Of a stretch of 64,000 bases of DNA, positions 23,572-32,383 are shown one piece after another. Within the stretch, counting starts at the first letter, position 1, and every line of letters begins with the position of its first letter. A program made the position numbers and the translations under genes. The notes under the pieces were generated by a model. It was not told where the DNA came from. It made no database searches and saw nothing but the letters and a program-made list of their open reading frames with translations. Source of the stretch: Polyangiaceae bacterium (lineage in GTDB: Bacteria > Myxococcota_A > Polyangia > Polyangiales > Polyangiaceae). The DNA is taken from assembly GCA_965222375.1 (NCBI GenBank), contig CBDCTZ010000016.1, forward strand, positions 192,001 to 256,000. The letters are read 5' to 3'.

Positions 23572-26022
23572 GTGGCTTTTTCGTATTCGGCGCAGAGTTC
23601 CGAGCGGCCCGCCCTTTGCGCTGAGCGCGGCGTGCGCTTGGATGCAGTGTTGGTGCTTGCCTGTGCGGCGCTCGGGGGATCCTGGGCGGCCACCGCGCCA
23701 GCAGTGGCCATCGTCTGCGCCGGGATCTGCGCGCTACTCGTGTTCCGTGGCCTGAGTGCCGCGCTTTTCGCTGCCGCGAGCCTCCTTTTCTGCCTTTCAG
23801 CTGTTCGGGCCTCCGCCGAGCTTTCGGCTTTTGAACGCGCCCACGCCCAGGTGCGCCAGGCGCTTGCGGGGCCCCGGCGTTGCGCGCTGGTCCTGCGCGT
23901 GACTCGCTCGCCAGTGTGGCGCCAGGACCGCGCCAAACTCGTTGGAGAGGCGAGCGAAGCGGACTGCGAGGGTCGCCCGCTACCTGCAGGGACCCGAGTC
24001 GCCATATACGGTGGAAGCGCTGACTTGCGTCGTGGGGATCAGCTCTACGTGATTGCGGATCTGGCGTCGGTTCGCGTTTTTCGCAATCTTGGTCAGCCCG
24101 ACTCGGTGCCTCGCGCTGCGGCGCGAGGCGTGCTGCTGAGCGGCGGAGCGCACGCCGTCGAGCTGGTCTCGCGGTCGACGACGCTGCCGGGCCTCGTCGA
24201 CCAGTTCCGAGCGTATACGCGGCGGCGCATCCGAGCCACATTCGCCGTGCGCGCAGAGGGGCTCGCACGGGCGCTCGTGCTCGGCGAAAGCGATCTGTCG
24301 GACGCCGAAGATGAAGCCTTTCGCAAGAGTGGGTTGGCTCATCTGCTTGCGGTCAGCGGTACGCACCTGGTGTTCGCCGTGGTTTCCGTGGTGGCACTGC
24401 TGCGTTTCTGTCTGGTACGCATTCCGGCTTTGGCAGCGCGGGGCGACGTGGGTCGGATCGCCGCCCTGGCCGGTGCCGTCTTGGCCCTGGCCTATGCGGA
24501 CTTTGCTGGCGGTAGTGGCTCGGCCTGGAGAGCCGCCTGGATGCTGTCTGCGGCCTTCGCCGCCCGGGCTCTGTCTCGCGCTCCAGATGCGCTGCGGGCG
24601 GTGGGTTGGTCTATTTTCGTGGGCGTCGCCGTCGACCCCCTCGCTGGATTCGACCTCTCCTTTCTGCTCAGCCTCGCTGCTACGACGGGGCTCCTGGCGC
24701 TGTCGCACTGGGCGGGTCGAAGCCTGCAGGGGATCTCATCGTCGGCCCTCCGCTGGCTGAGCATGGGCGTGGCCGCGACGGTGGCGTCGATGATCCCCTG
24801 CGCACCACTGTTGGCAATCATGGCCCCGGAGATCACCGTTGCCGGCGTCGCTGCCAATGTCGTGGCGGCCCCCTTTGGTGAGCTCGTATCCCTTCCGCTG
24901 TGTCTACTGCATCCGCTGCTGGGATTCGCGCCGGTGCTCGAACGGGGCGTTGCGCTTGCCGCGTCCGGCGCGCTCGTGATCGTGGGTCAGGTTGCCCGTA
25001 TCAGCGCAGACGCTAGCTGGGCCACGATACGCGTGCCGATCCCGGCGCCTGGTCAGCTGGGTCTCATCCTGCTGTTGGCGGTGAGCGTGTTGACCCGCGC
25101 ACGACGGTGGGTTCCCGTCGCTCTGCTTTCGCTCTTGATCGCGAGCGAGGTCATTGCGCGGCGGACCCACTCGCCGAGAGGTGACCTGCGCGTGAGCGTG
25201 CTCGATGTCGGGCAAGGCGATGCAACCATGGTCGACTTGCCCGGGGGCGAGCTCTGGCTGATTGACGCGGGGGGCTTCGTCGGGTCCAAGGTCGATCCAG
25301 GCAAGCGGGTCATCCTGCCCCAGCTGCGTGCGCGTCGGCGAAAGCGCATCGACGTCGTGGTTCTCTCGCACCCGCATCCAGATCACTTTGGTGGGCTGGT
25401 GTCGGTGCTCGAGCTGGCTGAGATTGGCGAGATTTGGGACACCGGACAAGGTGAGCGGGATGGGGCTGGCCCGACCTATGCGCGGCTGCTGTCCCTCGCG
25501 CGTCGCAAGAAGATCCCGCTCCTCCGGCCCGAGCAACTCTGTGGTCGCCACAGCAGGTCTGGCGCGGTCATTACCGTGCTCGCGCCCTGCCCCGGTGTCG
25601 TTGGCGCCCGCCCCGCGAATGACAATTCTTTCGTGCTGCATCTCAAACACGGCCGCCACTCAGCACTTTTCACAGGGGACGCGGAGGCCGAACTCGAGCG
25701 CGATCTGATTGCCGCTCATGGCCCGGCGTTGCAAGCCGATCTTCTGAAGGTCGGCCATCATGGCAGTCGTACGTCCAGCGGCCACGAATTCCTCGATGTC
25801 GTCAGGCCTTCGGTGGCAACGATTTCCTGCGGGGTTCGCAACCGCTTTGGCCACCCGCACCCCCGCACGCTGCGAGCGTTGAAGCGCCACGGCGTCGCCA
25901 CCCTGCGCACGGACCTGGGCGGTTCCATCATCTGGCAGAGTGATGGCGCGCAACTCGCGGTCACAAGCTACGTTCGCCACCGTGGGTGGCTTTCCATTGA
26001 CGGCTGGCTCTCGCCCCCGTAG
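23572..26022 (+). CDS. comEC: DNA internalisation competence protein ComEC/Rec2
   Basis: GLAHLLAVSGTH competence domain, and metallo-beta-lactamase motifs LDVGQGD, SHPHPDHFGG, FTGD, KVGHHGS, NRFGHP. The exact start is uncertain. Confidence 0.93.
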   Translation: MAFSYSAQSSERPALCAERGVRLDAVLVLACAALGGSWAATAPAVAIVCAGICALLVFRGLSAALFAAASLLFCLSAVRASAELSAFERAHAQVRQALAGPRRCALVLRVTRSPVWRQDRAKLVGEASEADCEGRPLPAGTRVAIYGGSADLRRGDQLYVIADLASVRVFRNLGQPDSVPRAAARGVLLSGGAHAVELVSRSTTLPGLVDQFRAYTRRRIRATFAVRAEGLARALVLGESDLSDAEDEAFRKSGLAHLLAVSGTHLVFAVVSVVALLRFCLVRIPALAARGDVGRIAALAGAVLALAYADFAGGSGSAWRAAWMLSAAFAARALSRAPDALRAVGWSIFVGVAVDPLAGFDLSFLLSLAATTGLLALSHWAGRSLQGISSSALRWLSMGVAATVASMIPCAPLLAIMAPEITVAGVAANVVAAPFGELVSLPLCLLHPLLGFAPVLERGVALAASGALVIVGQVARISADASWATIRVPIPAPGQLGLILLLAVSVLTRARRWVPVALLSLLIASEVIARRTHSPRGDLRVSVLDVGQGDATMVDLPGGELWLIDAGGFVGSKVDPGKRVILPQLRARRRKRIDVVVLSHPHPDHFGGLVSVLELAEIGEIWDTGQGERDGAGPTYARLLSLARRKKIPLLRPEQLCGRHSRSGAVITVLAPCPGVVGARPANDNSFVLHLKHGRHSALFTGDAEAELERDLIAAHGPALQADLLKVGHHGSRTSSGHEFLDVVRPSVATISCGVRNRFGHPHPRTLRALKRHGVATLRTDLGGSIIWQSDGAQLAVTSYVRHRGWLSIDGWLSPP

Positions 26023-26031
26023 CCACCCCGG

Positions 26032-26571
26032 ATGGCCTGGTACGGCGACACGATCAAAACCCTCTACACCAACGAGCAGCTGCAAACCCGCATCACCGAG
26101 ATGGGGAAGCAGATCACCGCGGACTACGCCGGCAAGGATCTGGTGATCTTGTGCATACTCAAAGGCAGCTTCATGTTCGCCGCCGACCTAGCGCGCGCGA
26201 TCGACCTGCCGCTGCGCGTCGAGTTCCTGGGTGTGCAGAGCTACGGCAACGACACCAAGTCCAGTGGCGTCGTACAAATCACGCTGGACCTCACCCGCCC
26301 CATCGAAGGTGAGCACGTGTTGGTCGTAGAGGACATCGTGGATACGGGACTGACCCTGGACTACATCCTGTCGTCTCTGAAGAACCGCAACCCCGCCAGC
26401 GTGCAAGTCTGTTCACTTCTGCACAAGCCAGCGCGCATGAAGAAGCGCGTCGATATCGACTACTTGGGCTTCACGATCGAAGACGTGTTCGTCGTAGGCT
26501 ACGGCTTGGATTGGGCCCAAAAGTATCGAAATGTCTCCGAAATCGGCGTCGTGATCGATCCTGACGCCTGA
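26032..26571 (+). CDS. hpt: Hypoxanthine phosphoribosyltransferase
   Basis: [21 protein letters not shown] and FVVGYGLD. Confidence 0.96.
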   Translation: MAWYGDTIKTLYTNEQLQTRITEMGKQITADYAGKDLVILCILKGSFMFAADLARAIDLPLRVEFLGVQSYGNDTKSSGVVQITLDLTRPIEGEHVLVVEDIVDTGLTLDYILSSLKNRNPASVQVCSLLHKPARMKKRVDIDYLGFTIEDVFVVGYGLDWAQKYRNVSEIGVVIDPDA

Positions 26572-26606
26572 GCGGCTCGAGGCGCCACAATGCGCCGCAG
26601 TCTGAA

Positions 26607-27962
26607 CTAGTCTAGTTTGTTTCGGATCCGGGCCAGCCGATCCGCGATCTGGGCTTCCAGCCCTTGACGCGTCGGTTCGTAGAAGCGCTGACCGGCCAGC
26701 GTGTCTGGAAGATAGGTCTCGCCAACCGCCACGCAGCCCTCCTGATCATGGGGATAGACGTAGCCTTGACCATAGCCCTCTCGACGCATCAGAGCTGTTG
26801 CGGCGTTGCGTAGCTTGTTGGGCACCGGTAGTGCCCCATGCTCTTTGAGGACTGAGCGGGCTGCGCTGATGGCTTTCAGTACGGCGTTGGACTTGGGACA
26901 GCTCGCCAGGTAGAGGCACGCTTGACTGAGAGGAAAGATCCCTTCGGGCATTCCCAGGCGCTGGAACGCGCGGTCTGTGTCTGAGGCTACTGCGAGCGCT
27001 CGCGGGTCAGCGTTGCCAACATCTTCGCTGGCGAAGATGAGCATCCGGCGCGAGACGAAGAGGGGCTCTTCGCCCGCATCCAACATGCGCAGCATCCAAT
27101 ACAAGGCGGCGTCCGGGTCGCTGCCGCGCAAGGACTTGATGAAGGCGCTGACGACGTTGTAGTGCTCCTCGCCACTCTTGTCGTAGAGCAAGGTCGGGTT
27201 CTCGGCTGCGCGTTCGACGTCCCCCAGCCCCACCTCGCTGCTGCCTTCGCTCAGGGCCGCGACGGTGGTTTCGAGCAAACCGAGGGCTCTCCGGGCGTCC
27301 CCGCGGGCAGCCCGAGCAATGGCCCCAGCGGCGTCATCCGTGAGGGTCAGCTGCTTCCGACCCAAACCACGCTCGTCGTCGCTCAGGGCTCGCTGCAGCA
27401 GCGTGATCAGGACGTCGTCCTTCAAGCCCTCCAGGTGAAGCACTCGACAGCGCGAAAGCAGCGCGTTGTTGACGGAAAACGAAGGGTTCTCGGTGGTCGC
27501 GCCGATGAGAATGACGGTTCCGCGCTCCACGTGCGGCAAGAAAGCGTCCTGCTGGCTCTTGTTGAAGCGGTGAATCTCGTCCACGAACAAGATGGTGCGC
27601 CGACCTTGATAGGCGCTGCGCTCTTGCGCGGCCGCCAAGATTTCACGTAGCTCCGGAACCCCGCCCAGGACCGCGCTGAAGGGAACGAACTCGGCTTTGG
27701 TCGCTGCTGCGATCACACTCGCGAGCGTTGTCTTGCCGGAGCCCGGCGGGCCCCACAGGATCAACGACGAGATTCGGTCTTGGATGATGGCGTTGGTCAG
27801 CCAAGTGTTTTCGCCCAGCAGGTGAGTCTGGCCAACGACATCGGCCAGCACTTGCGGGCGCATCCGATCCGCCAAGGGCGCTCCAGCTCCGCCCAGGCTT
27901 CCACGGGTGAGGGCCGCCTGTAGCAGCGTCGGGCCTGGATCACCTCCGCGCCGCCGCTTCAC
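26607..27962 (-). CDS. rarA: Replication-associated recombination protein A (MgsA/RarA)
   Basis: [50 protein letters not shown] and SEDVGNADP. Confidence 0.96.
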   Translation of the reverse strand: MKRRRGGDPGPTLLQAALTRGSLGGAGAPLADRMRPQVLADVVGQTHLLGENTWLTNAIIQDRISSLILWGPPGSGKTTLASVIAAATKAEFVPFSAVLGGVPELREILAAAQERSAYQGRRTILFVDEIHRFNKSQQDAFLPHVERGTVILIGATTENPSFSVNNALLSRCRVLHLEGLKDDVLITLLQRALSDDERGLGRKQLTLTDDAAGAIARAARGDARRALGLLETTVAALSEGSSEVGLGDVERAAENPTLLYDKSGEEHYNVVSAFIKSLRGSDPDAALYWMLRMLDAGEEPLFVSRRMLIFASEDVGNADPRALAVASDTDRAFQRLGMPEGIFPLSQACLYLASCPKSNAVLKAISAARSVLKEHGALPVPNKLRNAATALMRREGYGQGYVYPHDQEGCVAVGETYLPDTLAGQRFYEPTRQGLEAQIADRLARIRNKLD

Positions 27963-28654
27963 TTTCGGCCCTGCTCTCGAGGGCCGAAGATCGCCGTGCC
28001 GATTCGGACCCAGGTCGCGCCGGCGTGCACGGCCTGCTCCAAGTCCGCGGTCATGCCCATGCTGAGTTCAGGTAGGCGCGTCGCGCCGCCGTGGCCATCT
28101 CGCAGAGCCACCAGAGCGTCGAAGTACTGTCGCGCGTCTTGTGGATCCTCCGACCAGGGCGGCACGGTCATCAATCCCTTCAGGGCCAGGTTTTCCGGCT
28201 GATCGATGGCGTCCAGTACTTCCGCCAAGCCTTCCGGAGCAACCCCGGACTTCTGGGCTTCACCCCCGACGTTGACCTCGACCAGGATGGGCAATGGCGC
28301 ACGCTTCGCGGGTGTGCGCTTCGCCAGCTCAGCGACCAGGCGCACCGAGTCGACCGTGTGAATCGCGCTCGCGTAATGGACGACGTTCTTCACTTTATTG
28401 CGCTGCAAATGCCCAATGAAGTGCCAGCGCAGCTCGTTCAAGTCTTCGAGTTCCGAGGCCTTCTGCGCCAGCTCTTGTACGTAGTTTTCCCCAAAGTCCC
28501 GCTGGCCAGCGGCATACGCTGCGCGGATCGCGCTCGCGGGTTTCGTCTTGGAAACGGCGAGCAATTTCACGGATTCGGGCGGGCGCCCAGCCGCAACCGC
28601 CCCGCTGCGAATGCGCGCACGCACTTCCTCCAGGCGCTTGGCGATGTCCGTCAT
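27959..28654 (-). CDS. yggS: YggS/PLPBP pyridoxal-phosphate homeostasis protein
   Basis: LLAVSKT, FGENYVQE, WHFIGHLQRNK, LSMGM and RIGTAIFG. The start is placed at MTDIAK. Confidence 0.95.
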   Translation of the reverse strand: MTDIAKRLEEVRARIRSGAVAAGRPPESVKLLAVSKTKPASAIRAAYAAGQRDFGENYVQELAQKASELEDLNELRWHFIGHLQRNKVKNVVHYASAIHTVDSVRLVAELAKRTPAKRAPLPILVEVNVGGEAQKSGVAPEGLAEVLDAIDQPENLALKGLMTVPPWSEDPQDARQYFDALVALRDGHGGATRLPELSMGMTADLEQAVHAGATWVRIGTAIFGPREQGRK

Positions 28655-28707
28655 GGTTCTCTCGTCATGCAGGCATCGGCGCTGCCGCCCGTCAAGTCCT
28701 GCGACTG

Positions 28708-29892
28708 TCAACGCTGCGCGACGACGTGTTCGTATACGTCGAGGGTGTTGCGCGCCATCGCACCTAGGCTGAAGCGGGCCGCCCGAGCGACGCCTCGCTC
28801 CGACCACCGCCGCCGTTCTTCGGCGTCTTGTGCCAACTCGCTGATCGGATCCGCGATCGCGGCGGGGCTTTCCGGGTTGACCAGAATCGCGGAGTCCCCG
28901 GCAATCTCCGCCATGCTGCTGCGGTCGCTCGTTATCACGGGGCAACCCGCTGCCATGGCTTCGAGAGCAGGGTAGCCGAACCCCTCCGCCCTCGACACGA
29001 AGACCTGCGCGACGGCGCCCCGATACAGCGCGGCCAGGTCGGCGTCACTGACGTAGCCGGCGAGTACCAGGGAGTCTTGAACGCCGAGTTCCGTCGCCAT
29101 CAGGATCAGCTTTCCTCTCGCAACGGGGTTGAGGCGGGCTGCCCATACCAGGGTGAGATCGTGGCTCTTCAAACGTCGCCGAGCGATAGCCAGAGCCCGC
29201 AGTACGCCTTCAGGGTTCTTGCGCCAGTTCGTGTCCCCCACGGCCAGGATGTAGCTGCGCTCCGCCACATCGAAACGCACGCGCGCCTGGGCATCCTCCT
29301 CGCCGGGTTCGCTGGTCCAGCGGTCCAGATCGACCCCGTTGTGCACCACCGTGACCTTGGACGCCGGGATCCCGAGCAGCGTGACCAGGTCATTTGCGGA
29401 TGTCTCACTGACCGCGATCACATGGGTCGCGGAGTGGAAGCGTCTCTGATCCAGCTGTTGGCGGCCGCGCCGGTAGCCGTCGCGCCAGGTCAAGTAGTGG
29501 CGCGGATAGCGCAGAGGAATCAAGTCGTGACATGTGGTGATACGCGCACAGTCGAACTTGCCCAGAGGAGTGGCACCTGGATGGCCTGTGTGCACCAGGT
29601 CCGGCGAGACTCGTCTTGCCGCCCGTGACAGCCCAACTCGCACGCGATACGCCCAGTCGACATGCGGGCGCGCCGCCACTCGGCTGTCACGCAGTCGAGC
29701 CACGGCGGCTTCCAGGTCTTCGGTGATTTGTTCACTGCCCACGAATCCAAGGCGTTCCACCCCTAGCACCCGGAAACGACTGCCCTGGGTGATCCTTGCC
29801 AGCCCTCTTGCCAGATCTGCGACGTAGCGCCCGATGCCGAGAGTTCGCGCGTTCGTCGTCAGCACCGACAAGTCGAGCAGGACCGTGGGCAT
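28708..29892 (-). CDS. GT4 family glycosyltransferase
   Basis: GIGRYV, T.HDLIP, RKN and EGFGYPALEAMAAGCPV. Confidence 0.92.
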   Translation of the reverse strand: MPTVLLDLSVLTTNARTLGIGRYVADLARGLARITQGSRFRVLGVERLGFVGSEQITEDLEAAVARLRDSRVAARPHVDWAYRVRVGLSRAARRVSPDLVHTGHPGATPLGKFDCARITTCHDLIPLRYPRHYLTWRDGYRRGRQQLDQRRFHSATHVIAVSETSANDLVTLLGIPASKVTVVHNGVDLDRWTSEPGEEDAQARVRFDVAERSYILAVGDTNWRKNPEGVLRALAIARRRLKSHDLTLVWAARLNPVARGKLILMATELGVQDSLVLAGYVSDADLAALYRGAVAQVFVSRAEGFGYPALEAMAAGCPVITSDRSSMAEIAGDSAILVNPESPAAIADPISELAQDAEERRRWSERGVARAARFSLGAMARNTLDVYEHVVAQR

Positions 29893-29894
29893 GA

Positions 29895-30470
29895 CTACGG
29901 CGCGGATGCAGCGGGCGGGGCTGTGAAACCCTCACTGCTCGTTCTCTTGAGCTTGACCGGGGCGTCGCGAACCTTCAGGGAGTCCCCCGTGGATGCTTGC
30001 AGCCGGCCGCTCATGCCCTTCCCGCTCTTCTTCGCCAGGAAAAAGCCCTGGAACGCGTCCTCGCCGGGCTCCTTGGGCGTCAGCCGCACGCGGAACTGCT
30101 CTTCATCTACCTGGCCACTCGCGGTCATGTCGCCCAGGGGCCCGGACGCCTCTCCCGTGATCGTCTTGCCCTCGTCAATCTTCAACGTGATCTTGCCTTC
30201 GCCTTCGCCCACGATGCCACCCTCACCCGCGTCCTGAGTCCAGGCTTTCACGGCGCCCTGCTTCTTCGTCATTTGGATGACGTACTGCTGGGCCTCGTAG
30301 GTCCCCTGCCAAGTTCCAAAGTACCAAGGCGCCGGCGGGGGAGCCGGTTTGGCGCTGACCGCGGCACTACCTTTCGCCCCCGCTGACGCAGTGCCCGCCG
30401 GACCGGGGGATTTCTTCTCGTCGCAGCCGACGGCGACGGCCAGGAGCAACAACCAAGTGAATTTGCGCAT
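29895..30470 (-). CDS. Hypothetical lipoprotein
   Basis: Lipobox AVGC, Pro-rich linker, and operonic spacing with its neighbours. Confidence 0.75.
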   Translation of the reverse strand: MRKFTWLLLLAVAVGCDEKKSPGPAGTASAGAKGSAAVSAKPAPPPAPWYFGTWQGTYEAQQYVIQMTKKQGAVKAWTQDAGEGGIVGEGEGKITLKIDEGKTITGEASGPLGDMTASGQVDEEQFRVRLTPKEPGEDAFQGFFLAKKSGKGMSGRLQASTGDSLKVRDAPVKLKRTSSEGFTAPPAASAP

Positions 30471-31555
30471 TATTCTCTTCCCGCTGATAGAGATTGGATC
30501 TTCACGCCCAGCTCCCCCTCGACGTCAACAAGCTCGCCCCGCGCGACCTCTTGGCCGCCCACGCGCAGGATGACGGGTTCCGCGATTCGTCTCCCGGTTT
30601 CGATCACATCCCCAGGGCCGAGTTCGGCCCATTCTCTGGCGCTCAAGCTGACGGAGCCGAATTCCACTCGCACGACGAGGGGAGCGTCCAAGGCAGCAGC
30701 GCTCAGCGCGTCATCCTCTGGACCATCTGGTTGTGACACTTTGGACTCCTCCAAGCTCAGGGACCTCGTTTCGCCCCGTACCACAACTTGGCCGTCGGGC
30801 GAGAGTTCCACCGCCACCCCGAGCTCCTGGCGCCCAGATGCCAGTGCGCAAAGGCCGCCGAGCTGCCGGTCCATCCACCATCCGTCGCCGGGCATGAAAG
30901 CGTCCCCGACGCCAAGTGCTGCGAACTGCCCGCGTTCGCACTGAGCGAGTGCCGCGACCAAGGGAACGGCTATGGGCAGGTCCCCCAACTCGGCGAGCTG
31001 CCGGCCCGGAGCGGGCACGCGCAGACTATGCTCCGAGCAGACGGCCCAGGCGTCGACCTTGAACGCGCGCCCGTCGACCAGCAGCGTGAAGTCGAGTTGC
31101 GCCCCAGGCCCTGAGGGCGGCGCACCGGCCGGAGCGCAGTCGAAGGGTATCTTGCCGTGAGCCCGTCGCACGACCTCCGCCGCCATGGCTGCGAATGCGC
31201 CGGCGACGCTAGGATCGGCGTCTTGGCCATCCAACAGGCTCACGGGTCGTTGCAGCAGACGGCTCACTGCGGTCGTCACGAGCTCCGAGTCGCAATACAG
31301 CCACACTTGCACGGCCTCGCTTCGAGCGCAGAGCAACGGTGAGCTGGACGAGCGAGGCGCATCCCCTACACGGATTCCGTTGAGGTACACGGCAGCTTCT
31401 GCTCCAAACACCTCGCTCATGGCGCTGGGAACTCGCGACAGATCAACGCCCTCGGCCACGGCCCGCCGGATCTGGCCACCAGCATGGGCAGCATCTCGAC
31501 TCAGGCGCTGGAGCGCCCGCCAAGGAAACGGTCGGACGGTGCGACCCCCGCTCAT
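30470..31555 (-). CDS. SctQ/FliM-FliN-like protein with a C-terminal SpoA domain
   Basis: C-terminal PLVVRVEFGSVSL...L.PGDVI...V.LRVGG..VARGELVDVEGELGVKI. Confidence 0.8.
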   Translation of the reverse strand: MSGGRTVRPFPWRALQRLSRDAAHAGGQIRRAVAEGVDLSRVPSAMSEVFGAEAAVYLNGIRVGDAPRSSSSPLLCARSEAVQVWLYCDSELVTTAVSRLLQRPVSLLDGQDADPSVAGAFAAMAAEVVRRAHGKIPFDCAPAGAPPSGPGAQLDFTLLVDGRAFKVDAWAVCSEHSLRVPAPGRQLAELGDLPIAVPLVAALAQCERGQFAALGVGDAFMPGDGWWMDRQLGGLCALASGRQELGVAVELSPDGQVVVRGETRSLSLEESKVSQPDGPEDDALSAAALDAPLVVRVEFGSVSLSAREWAELGPGDVIETGRRIAEPVILRVGGQEVARGELVDVEGELGVKIQSLSAGRE

Positions 31556-31647
31556 GCCTGATGCATCCTACACCACGCGGAGTTTTTGGGGTTTTTGCGC
31601 CTTTGTATCTCATCGAAAAAAGCGTGGTAGTCTCGGAGAGAGGAATC

Positions 31648-32292
31648 ATGCTGCGAAGAACTGCCGCGATTTTGGGTGCTGCACTCTTGGTTTCCACCTC
31701 CGCTCTGGCCCAAGGCAAGGCGGAGAAGAAGGAGGCTGCCACTAAGGCTCCCAAAGCCAGCGCCGACGGCGTCAAGCGAGACCCCAAAGGCATCGTCGGC
31801 ATCAGCCCGTTTTGGGAGGCGCTCAAGAAGGGCGACGACCTCTACGTCGCCCGGGACCACGATGGCGCCATCGCCGCTTACAAGGAAGCCATCACCAAAG
31901 AGCCTCAGAATGCGATGGGCCACTATCGGATCGGTGAAGCCTACCGCGCCAAGGATCAGCTGTCCGAAGCCGAGGCCAGCTGGGTGGCGGCGCTTCGCTA
32001 CGTCGGCAACAACGGTTCCCTGAAAGCGAAGATCCTGTTCGTGCTCGCAGACTTGCGTGAGCGGCAGAAGTCGTTGGATGACGCTACGGACCGTTGGAAC
32101 GCCTATCTGACCTTCGCCAAGCAGGCCCCGGGCGCGAAGACCTACCCTGCGTCTGCGGAAGACCGCAAGAAGCGGGTCGCGGTTTGGAAGAAGATGAAGG
32201 CGGACTACGCGGCGGTGCGCAAACGCATCGAAAAGCGCCTCAAAGAAGTCGACGCCAAGGCGAAAAAGGACGCCAAGAAGAAGCGGCGCTAG
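31648..32292 (+). CDS. Secreted TPR-repeat protein
   Basis: Signal peptide, TPR helices (GAIAAYKEAI..EP.NA..HYRIGEAY), basic tail, SD GAGAGG. Confidence 0.8.
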   Translation: MLRRTAAILGAALLVSTSALAQGKAEKKEAATKAPKASADGVKRDPKGIVGISPFWEALKKGDDLYVARDHDGAIAAYKEAITKEPQNAMGHYRIGEAYRAKDQLSEAEASWVAALRYVGNNGSLKAKILFVLADLRERQKSLDDATDRWNAYLTFAKQAPGAKTYPASAEDRKKRVAVWKKMKADYAAVRKRIEKRLKEVDAKAKKDAKKKRR

Positions 32293-32383
32293 CGCAAGCG
32301 GGCGCGAAAAGCGGCGCGAAAAGGTCGACGCAAGGCGAAAAAAGACGCCGGGCAGAAGCGGTGCTAGCGCAAGCGGACGCGAA
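32248..32383. repeat. Degenerate direct repeat (about 60 bp, period about 76 bp) spanning two convergent stop codons
   Basis: gtcgacgccaaggcgaaaaaggacgccaagaagaagcggcgCTAGcgcaagcgggcgcgaa (from 32248) versus gtcgacgcaaggcgaaaaaagacgccgggcagaagcggtgCTAGcgcaagcggacgcgaa (from 32324). Confidence 0.9.
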
